From Scyliorhinus canicula (Eukaryota): a stretch of DNA of 64,000 bases. The stretch covers positions 55,506,315 to 55,570,314 of the forward strand of contig NC_052155.1 in the NCBI RefSeq assembly GCF_902713615.1. Direction: 5' to 3'. Below the pieces are notes generated by a model. It saw nothing but the letters and a program-made list of their open reading frames with translations, did no database searches and was not told the origin of the DNA. Positions 23,953-36,751 of the stretch are shown in pieces; within the stretch, counting starts at the first letter, position 1; each line of letters begins with the position of its first letter. The translations under genes were made by a program, and so were the position numbers.

Positions 23953-25737
23953 ACTATTTCTGCAGCTACCTCTTTTAAAAACCTAGGGTGCAGGTCGTTT
24001 GGGGCACTTCTTCCCTTTAAATTCTCGAGTACTAAAAGTGTTTGTGCTGCTAAGGCCATCATCCAAGCAGTTGTTATCTGCAGATTGATCTCATGCAGTG
24101 ACCTCCTGTTCCAATTACATCCTTCACATTGTAAACTTTGGCACAAGCAAAGTTAGTATCTTCTCATATGCCAAGCTCTGATCACCTGTCACCCTGAACC
24201 TCTGACTTCCTCGAGTCCCAGTCACCAATGCCTCAAATTTAAAATTATCTTTTGTTTAAATTCCTCCATTGTTTTACCCCTCCCTATCTCTGTGGCCTTC
24301 TCTAATACCATAAACCCTAATAAACTCTTGGTTCTTCTGAATCCAGACTCCTACGCATTCCTTCTGCCTATATTAACCTTTTGGCTACTATGTTTTTAGC
24401 TATCAGGAATTCCCTCGTTAAACCTTTCCACCTCCATTTACTCCTCTTAAGAGCCCCTTAAAGCTTATGTGTTTGAGCGAGTTTTTTCTCATCCTTAAAT
24501 CTCCCTCTTTTTAAATTTATTCTTTCACGGGATGTGGGCGTCATTGGCTAGGCCAGTATTTTTATTGGCCGTGCCTAATTGCTCTTGAGAAGGTGGGTGG
24601 TGAGCCACTTTCTTGAACTGCTGCAGTACCTGTCGTATAAGTACACCCATGGAGATAATAGGGAGGGAGTTGTAGGATTTTGACCCAGTGACAGTGAAAG
24701 GATGGTGATTATAGGCTGGAATTCTCTGGCCATTTGCTGGTGGCGGGATTCTCCCATCCTGCCAGCAGTCACAGGCTTCCCAGCAGCGTGGGGGTGCTTC
24801 AATGAGAATTTCCATTGACAGCGATGGGAGCAGAGAATTCCACTGCCAGCTGCTGAGAAACACGCAGCTCGGAGGCGGGAGAATCCTGCCCATATTTCCA
24901 AGTCAGGATTGTGTGTGGCTTGGAGCGAACTTGCAGGTGGTGGTGTTCCCATGTATCGTATGGTGAGGTGGCGACATAGCGGTATTGTCACTGGATTAGT
25001 GAACTAGAGACCTAGAGTAATGCTCTGGGAACCCAGGTTCAAACCCCGCCACTGCAGATGTTGAAATTTGAATTCAATAAAAATTTGTAATGAGAGGTCC
25101 AATGATAACCATGAAAGTGTTGTCGTAAAACGCCATCTGGTTCATTAATGTCCTTAAGGGAAGGAAATCTGTCGTCCTTACCTGGTCTGACCTACATTTG
25201 ACTCCAGATTCTCAGCTTCTCAGCAACGTGGTCGACTAGCACTTTTCTGTGTTGAACGACTTAATTTGCCGATTATTTAGCCATTCTACACGTGTATGAA
25301 TTTCCTCCTATAATTTGTTGCAGTCCTCCTCTATGTTGCCTATTTTGAATGTTATCACCCTCCGTGTTTCCCCCACCCCAATTTGTTATCGTCCCAAAAT
25401 TTAGAAATGGGGTTTTTGATTCCAAAGTAATTCTTCATGTAAATTGTGAACAGCAGTGGTCTCGGCCTGATTTTTGTCTTTCTGCTACTTTGAATAACTA
25501 CCCCTTTTCCCCACTCGCTGTTTTCTGCATTGAATCTAGCTAGCAATGCATTCTGCCACTTGTCCCACTCCATATTATTGAACCTTATTAATTCATCATT
25601 GTACTAAATTAGATATATAGTATGTTCTCGAATATCTTATGAAGTCCAAATATGGATGCAAAACATAGCAAATATTTGGTGAAGTATTGGTTTCAAGTCT
25701 TTTAATTCAACATGCATGGTTTTTCATTTTATTTTAG

Positions 25738-25885
25738 AATACAGTACCTACAATCGAAAAAATTCAGCAAAGAAGCCATTTCAAGGATGGTGTCAAGAGC
25801 CCCTTATTTGTTAAACTTCAGTGTGGAAAGACTGGACAATAGACTGGGGTTCTACCAGAAAGAACTGGGGCTAAATGTGCAAAAG
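25738..25885 (+). CDS. MTERF3: MTERF3 coding exon 4 (148 bp)
   Basis: Encodes [49 protein letters not shown]; AG/GT junctions. Confidence 0.96.
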
Positions 25886-28800
25886 GTAATGCTGTTATGA
25901 ATTCAATTCTGTGGAATGTGGAGTTCTGATGCAGCTGCATGTGGTGAGACCCGACATTGTGGGATGAGGAGACCTTCTATAACTGCTGTCTTTGTATGCC
26001 AGCCATAGTCCCAGAATAATTCAACCTCAGTGCCACTTATGATGTCTTTGATCATTACCATTAGTCATCGATGTTAAGCATGGCGTGAGACTGTTAATTG
26101 GAATGGCCAATTAATGGGGAGTCTGGATTTTAAAGTGGTGCTTAATTACTTTGGCATTTAAAAGAAGAAAACCTTGTACTTGGCACCTTACCATGTTTCA
26201 AAGTAGTTCATGAATTGCTTTGAAGTGCAGCCACTTTTATGCACAACAAAGATGCCGCAAAGAACAATGTGATAGATGATTAATTAATGCAGTTTTGGTG
26301 GAATGGAGAGATTGACCAGTCTGGTAAAATTGACCAGTGTACGTAAAATATATCCCCACTGTTCACAAATTGCATCATGGAATCTTTAAAATCCACCTAA
26401 ATCATTGAGCCAATGGACTGCCCTCAGTTTAACACCTCACTGAAGAGTGGCATCCGACTGGACTGCCAGTTTAGATGCATGCTTCAGTTCTGGAATATAC
26501 CTTGTACTGTCAACTTTCTGACTCCAGTGTTATATATTGAATCTAACTATAGCCGTAACAAGTAAGTTACGTACAAAAAATGTATATGTTCGCCTTCGAG
26601 ATACCAGTTCACTTGTGATGTGAATAGCTGGTATTGTACGAGGACAAAATTACTCTGCCTCTGGAGAGATTGATTCACAGACAGACAGAGTTGCCTTTTA
26701 CACTGGTTCCTGATGCTTGTTTTTTTTTACAGGTTCCTGCTGAAATTCTGTTAAATACCCTTGGTGTAACATTTATTAATCTACACAAAAATATCTAACT
26801 TCAGTTGTTGAACTGCCACCTGATATCACCTGTGTGGGTGAAAGAAATGCTGAGACTTCTCTGTCTTTCCCTCTCCTTGAAGTGAAAAGTGAAATGCATC
26901 TGGCTAAAAAGGTTACCAGCACATTCTCTGCCATCACCATTCTTCATGCATGTGAAGAACCTAGGGCAAATACTAGGGGAGGCGGTAGCGTAGTGGTATT
27001 GTCACTGTACTAAAGTCATAAGAGTTTTACAGCACAAAAAGAGGCCCTTCAGCCCCATCAAGTCTGTACTGGCCATCAAGTACCAATCCATTCTCTTTTT
27101 TCCAGCACATGGTCCATAGCCTTGTATGCTATGACGTTTCAATTGCTCATCTAAATGCTTCTTAAATGTTGTGAATGTCCCCGCCTCCATACCCTTTCAG
27201 ACAGTGAGTTCCAGATTCCCACCACCCTCTGGGTGAAAATGTTTTCCCTCAAATACCCCCTAAATCTCCTGCCCATTACGTTAAATCTGTGCCATCTGGT
27301 TATTGACCCCTCAAGTAAGGGGAAACGTTTCTTCCTATCTACCCTATGTCCTTCAGAATTTTGGACACCTCAATCAGGTCCCCCTTCAGCCTTCTATGCT
27401 GTAAGGAGGACAACCGTAGTCTAAACAGCCTCTCTTCATAGCTGAAAGGCTGCACCAGGCAACATCTTGATGAATCTCCTCTGCATCCGTAGGTTAGGCA
27501 GCATCTGTGGAGTTTTTTCAGAACTGGAAAAAATAATGGTGTAACCCACTTTAAGCAGGCAGTGGCAGGGAAAAGGGGTTTACCATTAACTAGAAACTGA
27601 ACTGGACTAGTCACCATGGCTACAAGAACAGGTCAGAGGCGAGGAATCTTGTGGCGAGTAACTCATCTCTTGACTCCCAAAAGCATGTCCAAAATCTACA
27701 AGGTACGAGTCAGAAATATGATGGAATACTCTCCAATAGCCTGGATGAGTGCAGCTCCAAAACAGTCGAGAAGCTCGACTCTATCGAGGACAAAGCAGCC
27801 CGCTTGATTGGCATCCCTTCCACAAACATTTACTCCCTCCACCACCGCCGCACTGTGGCCGCAGTGTGTATCATCGACAAGATGCACTGTAAGGTTCATC
27901 AAGGATCCTTAGGCAGCACATTCCAAACCCATGGCCATCTAGGACAAGGGCAGCAGACACTTGGGAACACCACCACCTGGAAGTTCCCCTCCAAGTCACT
28001 CACCATCCTGGCTTGGAAATGTATCGCTGTTCCTTCACTGTCGCTGGGTCAAAATCCTGGAATTCCCTCCCTAAAAGCACTGTGGGTGTACCTACACCAC
28101 ATGGACTCCAGCAGTTCGAGAAGGCAGTTTGTCACCTTCTTAATGGCAATTAGGGTTGGGCAGCCAATGCTGACCTAGCCAGCGACACCCACATCCCATA
28201 AATGAAAATAAAAGGGTCTGTGATAGAGTGAAAGTAAAAGAGATTAAATGACAAACGGGAAGACAGTTCAAAGCAAAAGGTGAAATAAAGGAACAAAGGA
28301 TAAGTCTAGAGCAGATGTAAATGTGATGCACAGATACACCACCACCAACTGCCATTGGAAAAAATGGGGATTGAAGTTACGATCTGAAATTATTGAACTC
28401 AACATTGAGTTCAGAACACAATAAAATGTCTCAACTGAAAGTGAATTACTGATACCTGAACGTGCTTCATTGGAACATTGTAGGAGACAGATGATGAGAG
28501 ATCAGAGTGGGAGTCTGCCAGAACTGTTGGTGATGATTGTGTTTCTATCTCCATAGATGCTGCGTAATGAAGTATTTTCACCATTTTCAGTTATTTTAAA
28601 TTGCTGGCATGCACGGTACTTTGTTTTTGTATTAGTGCTTAATTCAGTGTAGTTCAGACTTCAACAGAGCTTCTCGTGGGGCTGGTTTACATCAATGGGC
28701 TAGACAGCTGGTTTGTGATGTAGAACTAGGCCAGCAGCGCGGGTTTAATTCCTGGACTGGCTGAGAATTCTGAATTCTCCCTCTGTGTATCAGAACAGGC

Positions 28801-29246
28801 GCCGGAATGTGGCGACTAGGGGGCTTTTCACATTAACTTCATACTTGTGACAATAGAAGATTATTATTATGTAGACAACATTGGAGTAAAAACAAAAAAT
28901 GCAGGAAACATTCAGCGGATGTTATAGTTGAGTGATTTCGAGTGAATTGATTTGACCAAATTAGGGATGATCTAGAGCAAGACAGAAGTGATCTTATTGG
29001 CCATTAATTCCAGACGAAAGAAAACTACTGGAAATGCACAGCAGATCTTTCTCCACCAGACTTAAAAATAAATGATGGGTTTCTACTCAATATTAACCTT
29101 TCACCAGATTGGGTTCTGATGATGGAGCTTTATCTCAAATGCTAACATCTCTCTGTTTTCGGAGACGGGTCAGCTTCTGTTAGTATTTGCAGTTACTTTC
29201 TCTTTGTATCTTGAATTATAATTTTAGTTTCTTTTATTTCTGCTAG

Positions 29247-29318
29247 ACTCGTGATCTGGTTACCCGACTTCCCAGATTGTTAACTGGCAGCTTGGAGCCG
29301 GTCAAAGAAAATCTAAAA
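29247..29318 (+). CDS. MTERF3: MTERF3 coding exon 5 (72 bp)
   Basis: Encodes [24 protein letters not shown]; acceptor ctgctAG, donor GTAGGT. Confidence 0.94.
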
Positions 29319-31763
29319 GTAGGTGAAACCGTGATATTTTTCCTGAAAAAGTATATATAGGACGCAAAGTATCTCTGTCAAAGTCCCACATGGAAGTGTG
29401 TGATCCTTTGAGGAGGTCACTTAGCCATTTCACCCCTCAAACCTGTTCTGCTATTCAGTGGGGTTGTGACTGATCTTTCATTGGTGAACAGAAACCAAAA
29501 ATTGCAGGCTTAAAAATCAGCAGTTGTTCCAGCGTTAACTGACATTGCAGGAGAGTTCCAAACTTCTGTCACGCTTTCTGTGTGGATGTTTTCCGACCGT
29601 TACTACTGAAACACCTGGCTCTAAATTCAGTGCTATGTCTACTAGAACTAGATTCCACAACTAATTGAAACAGTGTAAATGGATAAACTTTGTTCATTGC
29701 TCTGTTGTCATGCTTTTCCTGAACCTTGCAGAAGGTAAATATTAATGCTTTTCTTCCACCATTTAGTTTTTTTTCTTTTATAGAATATTTGTTTTCGATC
29801 ATTTAAGCACTTGTTCCTTTGTTGGGCAGCCCTGCTTTTTCCTTTACACCCTGTAGCTTAGCCACTTGGCTTTTTCAAATGTTAAAATCTCTCTGACGCA
29901 TGCACTCTCTGTCACTTGTGCGCTCTCTCCCTCACTACCCAACTATCTTATTTCCCAGCCAGTTACTCTACAGGTCAGCCCTTTGTTTGCTCCCTGCAGC
30001 ACTGTGCCTTCCAGCTGCAGCTCCCATTGTCATCTCAGGATCCACATGCTCCTGTGGTGTATTAAGTATAGCAGTCAGAGTTTTTACTTTTGCCTGTGGA
30101 CTCTGAAGTTGTTCGGTTCCACAGCCATGGCTGTTTTTAATGTAGATGAGGAATTTAGTGGAGTGTAATCCCGCAACCAGGAATCCATAATTCACATGGC
30201 ACTGGTCATATTTGCTATGGATTTTCAGTCGCTGGCTTCTACGGTTCTAAATGGAATGCTCCATTTCCCACAACCTTGGACGCATCGGGAATTGCTGCTG
30301 CTGTCCTGTCCTGTTCACCCGTCAGTCATCTGCTGATGGAAAAATAATCGAGTGACTCCTCAACAATAACAGCGCTCAGTTTGGGTTCTGCCAGAACCAT
30401 TTTGCTGCTGACCACATCGAATATGGTTGCAAGAGCTGCATTCTGGAACAGTGAGAGTATCTATGATTGACATCAAGACTGCATTTAACAGAGTATGACA
30501 CCAATGATCCCAACTAAACTTGAGGTCACTGGTAAAAGCTTGAGTGGCTGGAATAAAACTTAATGTACAAGAAGATGCTTATGGTTTTGGAGGCCAACCC
30601 CAGGGCATTGCTGCTAGTGTTCCTCAGGGCAAAATCCTTATCCCAACTTAATTCAGCTGTTTCACTGATAACCTCTGCCGGAAAGTCAGGGGTGAGACTA
30701 TCCACCAATTAAACTCTAGTGTAGGCACTCCATTTACAACTCCTCCAATAATGGAACAACCTATGGTAAAACCTGGAAAACATTCAGGGTTAGTCTGACG
30801 ATTGGCAAATAACATTTGTGCCAATATCTCTCCCATCTTCAATGACAACAGTGGCAATTGCCAAGGCTGCACCATCAACATATTCCAGCCAACAGATGAT
30901 GGTTACTCTGTGACAAATGATCCTTTAGTTGCTTTTCAAAACCTGCAAAGTTCAAGTAAGAAGCAATGGCCTTTTTTCAAGAAGCTTGACACTATAACAC
31001 ATTCCATTTCATTAGTGCCTGTGCCACTAACTCATAGTTCACCCTTCTACCGATCATGCATTTTATTAATAATATGTACTATGTACAGGACACACTGCAG
31101 CACCTCAACGAGCTTGCAACCTCTGCCACTGAGAAGCAAAGAGCAGTAACACTATCTGAAAGTTTCTCTCTAAATCACACTATCCTGCTGTGGACATTAT
31201 CACCTTTCCTTCATTGGTGTCTTATAATACTGGAAGTCACTAACTTCATCATTTTGGAAGCATCAGCACCACAAGATATGCAGACATTTAAGGAGAAATA
31301 TTGTCAGGACAAATAGGATTTGGTGATTTAAAAACAGCCATGCTTGTTGCGTCCTGGAAAATAAAAATTAAGCTTACAAGGGATGTTTCCATTAAAAAAT
31401 GTGAATGTTGGTATTTTCAATGGAAACAGTTGGCAAGGAGTGGGTTCCAAATAATGTATTTTATATAATTACTGTTTCAAAAATATTTGATGCGCACTCC
31501 CCTTCTTATTTAGAAAGAAAGCAAGTCTGTTATTCCCAGTTACATGTATTAAAATAGAAAATGCAGGAAATACTCCAGGTATTTCCAGCATTTTCTGTTT
31601 GGTTGCAGATTTCCAACATCCACGGTATTCTGTTTGTAGACCAAAATGGAAACATATTTAGCTTTGACTATTATCTAATGGCAGTGGTGGCTGAATTTCC
31701 ATCTAGTTATGTCAAGTTTATGATTGCAAACCTCTTCCTCAGGCAATTTTTTTGGTTTTCCAG

Positions 31764-31925
31764 GTTTGCCGGATTGAGTTGGGATTTCGTGAAAATGAAA
31801 TCCAGCACATGGTAACTAACGTCCCCAAACTCCTCCTGGCTAGTAAGAAAAAAGTGACTAGATTATTTGATTACTTGCACAATACCATGGGTATCCCCCA
31901 CCACCTAATTACAAAATTTCCTCAG
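31764..31925 (+). CDS. MTERF3: MTERF3 coding exon 6 (162 bp)
   Basis: Encodes [54 protein letters not shown]; AG/GT junctions. Confidence 0.96.
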
Positions 31926-32163
31926 GTAAATATAACTGCTTAAATTTAATATGAATGGCTTTTCTTGTCTTTTAGGGACTGTTCAGCTGAAGACATAATT
32001 ATTATTCTTTTGATGGGTACTAACTTTTTGACTTTGGTCATTTTGAATTTGGTAATCTTTGGTAAAAGAATGTGCATTTATGTTATCTAAAAACATTCTT
32101 AGAACTGTGTATATTGAAAATTAACTTGTGACACCTAATAAAAAATTTTGTCTTTCCCCCTAG

Positions 32164-32358
32164 GTTTTCAATGGAAAGTTTTTGAGAATTAAAGACAGAC
32201 ATCTGTTTCTTGAACACTTGGGAAGAGCCCAGTATGATCCAACTCAACCGAACTATATCTCACTGGATAAACTGGTTGCAACACCTGATTATGTATTCTG
32301 TGTAGAGATAGCAAAAGGCACATTGCTGGACTTTGAGGCATTTCAAAAAACCCTTTAA
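32164..32358 (+). CDS. MTERF3: MTERF3 last coding exon (195 bp incl. TAA)
   Basis: Encodes [43 protein letters not shown]. The joined CDS is 1248 nt = 415 aa. Confidence 0.96.
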   Translation, partial: VFNGKFLRIKDRHLFLEHLGRAQYDPTQPNYISLDKLVATPDYVFCVEIAKGTLLDFEAFQKTL

Positions 32359-32371
32359 ATTATTTTAGAAA

Positions 32372-32600
32372 GGGCAGCACGGTGGCACAGTGGTTAGCAT
32401 TGCTGCCTACGGCGCTGAGGACCCAGGTTCGAATCCCGGCCCTGGGTCACTGTCCGTGTGGAGTTTGCACATTCTCCCCGTGCCTGCGTGGGTTTCACCC
32501 CCACAACCCAAAGATGTGCAGGTTAGGTGGATTGGCCACGCTAAATTGCCCCTTAATTGGAAAAAATAATTGGGTACTCTAAATTAAAAAAAAATAAAAT
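32372..32600 (+). mobile_element. Young V-SINE inserted immediately after the MTERF3 stop codon
   Basis: 16-bp TSD taaattattttagaaa (32356-32371, 32600-32615) and intact A/B boxes (tggcacagtgg, ggttcgaatcc). Confidence 0.92.
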
Positions 32601-32862
32601 AAATTATTTTAGAAACGTTTCACTATGCACTGATGCAGAGTGGTGAACATTTTTCTTGTGCATCCCATAACTACATAAACTACTTCCTGACTGGTTGTAG
32701 TTTGCTCAGTGGCAATGGCAGAGCTATCTGGCAATAAATAAAGAATAATTTTTAACCGCAGTACTTATATTTTTTAATTCTTTCACCAGATGTGGGCATC
32801 TCTGACTGATTGCCCTGGAGAAGATGGTGGTGAGTTGCCTTCTTGAACCACTTGGGCTTGTA

Positions 32863-33183
32863 GAACATACATAGAGCATAGAACATACAGTGCAGAAGGA
32901 GACCATTCGGACCATCAAGTCTGCACCGACCCACTTAAGACCTCACTTCCACCCTATCCCCATAACCCAATAACCCATCCTAACCTTTTTGGTCACTGAG
33001 GGCAATTTATCATGGCCAATCCACCTAACCTGGACTGTGGGAGGAAACCGGAGCACCCGGAGAAAACCCACGCAGCCACGGGGAGAACGTGCAGACTCGG
33101 CACAGTGACCCAGCGGGGAATCGAACCTGGGACCCTGGCACTGTGAAGCCACAGTGCTATCCACTTGTTCTACCGTGCTGCGC
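32863..33183 (-). mobile_element. HE1-type SINE
   Basis: Reverse-complement head and V-domain with catagaa-type tail repeats. Confidence 0.85.
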
Positions 33184-33931
33184 TATGTAGCTATTGTGTG
33201 ATGTAGGTATACCCACAGTGCTGTTAGGAAGGAATGCTTCTCTTGAGTGTGACTAGATTTTAGATGTGGTTTATATACTGTGAACCAGTCCTCACTGAAT
33301 GGATTTAACCTTCCTAGCATGAATTTGTGTTGTCAATGATTGCCAGAAAGCTGGCCACCTTTATTCCCCTTTTTATTATCAGGATTGAATCCAGGTCCTG
33401 GAGTTGAATATGCCCCATATTTGCTCAGAATATTTTAATGCCAACTGAACTAAGGATTTCCCATTATGATGTTGAAAATTATGTAAATTCTTTTGAGGGC
33501 CACCTGTTAAGATGCAGCAAGTTTATTGATGCAAACATTCGTCCTTGTTAAACTGTGCAGTATTGCTTGAATTAGAGCCATGCTTAGAATAACCCTGAAT
33601 GAAGATGGACTGTAAATGTACAATACTATTCTAAATCCTGAGTTTTGTATATTTCTGACTTGGAATCAATCCATCAAGCTATTGCTGGAAGTACACAGCA
33701 GCTCTCCCAGGATCTAGACGTAGATTGTGACAGATTTACTGTGTTTCTGCAGTTGCTGCTTTTATTTCAGAGTGGTTTTTACTCATGAATAAACTACTGT
33801 GTTTTCCCCGTGTCTGCGTGGGTCTCACTCCCACAATCCAAAGATGTGCAGGATTGGCTGGGCTAAATTGCTGCTTATTTGGAAAAAGTAAAAAAAATAA
33901 ACGACTGTGATAGAAATATTATCGTAAGATC

Positions 33932-35495
33932 ACTTCTGGTGGTGGCCTTGAACTGAGCAAAAGCTGGCTCTCGTGTAACATCTTCGACTAAGGCCTTTTA
34001 ACCCCAGCACACAGGCACCTAAAGTACCTACAAGCCCCCAGCTTAATCCCCTTCGACCGCACTGCCAAGAAGGGAAAAGCCAGCAAAGACAAGGGGAGGG
34101 AAGCCTCAGCCTCGGAACCGGCAGCCACACGTGGGGCCACGGAACCGGAGAGGGCCGGCACCATAGAGCTCCCAGCACAGACCCAGGAGCTGATGGACCT
34201 CATTACCTCTGAGCTCCAGAGACACAGGGAGGAGATGAGAAGAGACCTTCTGGCAGCCATTGAAACGGCAGTGGAAGTCGTGACGTTGTAGAATCCATAA
34301 TAAAATGTTCCTTAGCCAAGGATGTGGGTCTGCAGAGACAGAATGTTGGACGTAGCCGAAACAAAAATGTACTCTGTAAACTGCAGTAACCACCCTAGGA
34401 CAGGTGGGGAGATAACATATGCAAATAAAGGATTGAAAATACTCTGGGTCCACATACCCTATTGGCTAGAAATGCTGTCCTTTCATTGGTTTAAAATGGA
34501 AGTTTGTGATATTACTTGTGTGTTGACATGCAAATAAGGGATTAGACTGCGACTGTAAACCTATTGGTTGAAAATATTATAAGTATTACAGCTTCGCTGG
34601 ATTCAGGAGAACATCATAGTCAATCTCATTGTGTTGTTCTCCTTATGTACAAGCCAATAAAGTTTGATTTGAAGAGTACTTGCCATGCCTACTTGTTAAT
34701 TTCCACAAAGGCCTCAATGAGGGAGGTAATGGCCAATATGAAGCGGAGGCTAGAGACCCAGGAGACGACGACAAGAGACCTCGAGAAGGCCACCATGGAT
34801 CAAGGGGATCGGATCATGGGGCTCAAGGGCGAGGTGGCAAGCCTGGTCAGAACCCAGAAAGGGCTGAAAACAAAGTCAACAACCAGGAGAAAGATCGTGT
34901 CAGACAAATTTGAGAATCGTGTGAACGGAGGTGAGAAACCCCACATAGTACGTAGCAGTGATGCTCGGGAAGCTTCGCCAAGCCCCCAGAGGCAGACAGC
35001 ACCCACAGGTCGCTTCAGCTTCGGCCTAGATGAAAAATGAAAATCGCTTATTGTCACGAGTAGGCTTCATTGAAGTACTGTGAAAAGCCCCTAGTCGCCA
35101 CATTCCGGCGCCTGTCCGGGGAGGCTGGTACGGGAATCGAACCCTGCTGCTGGCCTGCTTTAAAAGCCAGCGATTTAGCCCAGTGAGCTACCACTGGTAG
35201 CCCAGGAAGCACCACTGGTGATGATAGTGAGGCTCCACGGGTACCAGAACAAAGAGCGGATCCTGAGGTTGGAGAAGAGCACAAGAAGGTGCAAATGGGA
35301 AGGACATTCCATCCGTTTGTACCAAGATATTGGGGCAGACCTAGACAAGCGCCAGGCCGAATTTAACAGTGACAAATCTGCCCTGTACAAAAGTGGGGTG
35401 AGGTTTGGCACGCCCTATCCTGCCGCCAAGCTATGGGTTATGTGTCAGCACAAGGAACATTATCCAGAGCAAGCCAACAAGTTTGTCCAGTAAAA
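33932..35495 (+). mobile_element. L1-clade LINE 5' end and ORF1 remnant, interrupted by a solo LTR and a SINE
   Basis: Coiled-coil segment (MKRRLETQETTTRDLEK..) and L1 ORF1p C-terminal motif (IVRLHGYQNKERIL..IRLYQDIGADLDKRQAEF..RFGTPYPA). Confidence 0.75.
34287..34707 (+). mobile_element. Probable solo LTR (421 bp) inserted in L1 ORF1
   Basis: TG...CA ends with short inverted termini (tgtagaa / ttccaca), TATAA at 34578 and AATAAA at 34656. No clean TSD. Confidence 0.6.
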
Positions 35496-35999
35496 CAGAC
35501 TGAGCAAATAACGATAGAGGGCAATGGTCAGAATGCGGGCTGGCAGAATGGGTGACATGGTAGCACATGGTTAGCACTGCTGCTTCACAGCGCCAGGGTC
35601 CCAGGTTCCGTAGCACCCGGAAGAAACCCACGCAGACACAGGGAGAACGTGTGCAGACTTCACACAGACAGTGACCCAAGTTGGGAATCGAACCCGAGAC
35701 CATGACGCTCTGAAGCAACAGTGCTGACCACTGTGCTACTGGGAAGGGAGAATAAAAGAACACCGTATTATTTAAATGGACAAAAACTGGGAAAAGCTGC
35801 AACACAAAGGGACTTGGATTGGAGGGTACTTGTGAAAGAAGCACAGAAAGCTAGCACAAAGGTTCAGGTAATCAGGATTGGTGGAAAAGAGGAAGGAAGT
35901 TTTGCTGCATCTATACAAGGTAATGGTGAGACCAGATCTGGAGTACTGTGAGCAGTATTGATCCCCTTATTTCAGGAAAGATATTGCCTGGAGTTCAAC

Positions 36000-36750
36000 A
36001 TTTGGGAGACTAAATGTTGCTGCCAGGACTGATGTGATTCGTATCTCCGTTGGGGGTGCTATTTGGTAAGCGGGTTAGGACATGCAAATGGGCCAGCACT
36101 GTGCTGCGTGGAAATTACCGGACCAGTGGGCGTTGTAACCACTGGGGCTGGAGTTAGCGCCTAAGAGCTTGACAGCTAGAACTGTTTTTAAGCGCTCCAC
36201 TCACACAGTCACTGCAGCCACGAAGATGGCTCACAGAAGACCTGCCCCAGAGTTTGGGAGTCGAACGTAGACCCACAGCTCCATGCCAATGAGGAGTTGA
36301 GGAACATTTTCTTCACCCTTGGGTGAATTGGACATTTTGAATTCTCCCTCAGTGTCCCCGAACAAGCGCCATAGTGTGGAGACTAGGGGATTTTCACAGT
36401 AACTTCATTGCAGTGTTAATGTAAGCCTACTTGTCATGCTACTAAAGATAATTATTGAATATTATTACTCCGCCGACTCAAAACCTGTCTTCCTAACAGC
36501 ACCTGGGAGGTGGTGGCAGAGACAGCCAGTGCTGCCAATCTCACCAGGAGGTGACGGCTGGTGATCCTGAGTGGTGGAGGTGGAGAACCAGAGAGGGTTC
36601 CAATGGCCACTGTGCAGATATCCTCTGGTTGGGGTGAGCTCTGCTGATGCCCTGCTTCCTCTGCAGTGGGGCAGCGCTTCTGAGTAGTGCCAACACCTAG
36701 TAGGACCCTGATTGAGCTTGACCATGTTCTCCCCATTGAAGGTATGAGGG
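36000..36750 (+). mobile_element. Harbinger remnant with a decayed Myb/SANT-like ORF
   Basis: Fragments MAHRRPAPEF (36226) and WEVVAETASAANLTRR (~36505) resemble the Harbinger Myb-like protein; interrupted by a SINE tail. Confidence 0.45.
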
Positions 36751-36751
36751 T

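Noticed and set aside
32372-32450. tRNA genes at SINE heads (A/B boxes)
   Set aside because: These are tRNA-derived SINE heads followed by V-domain and tail, with TSDs; there is no complete cloverleaf.
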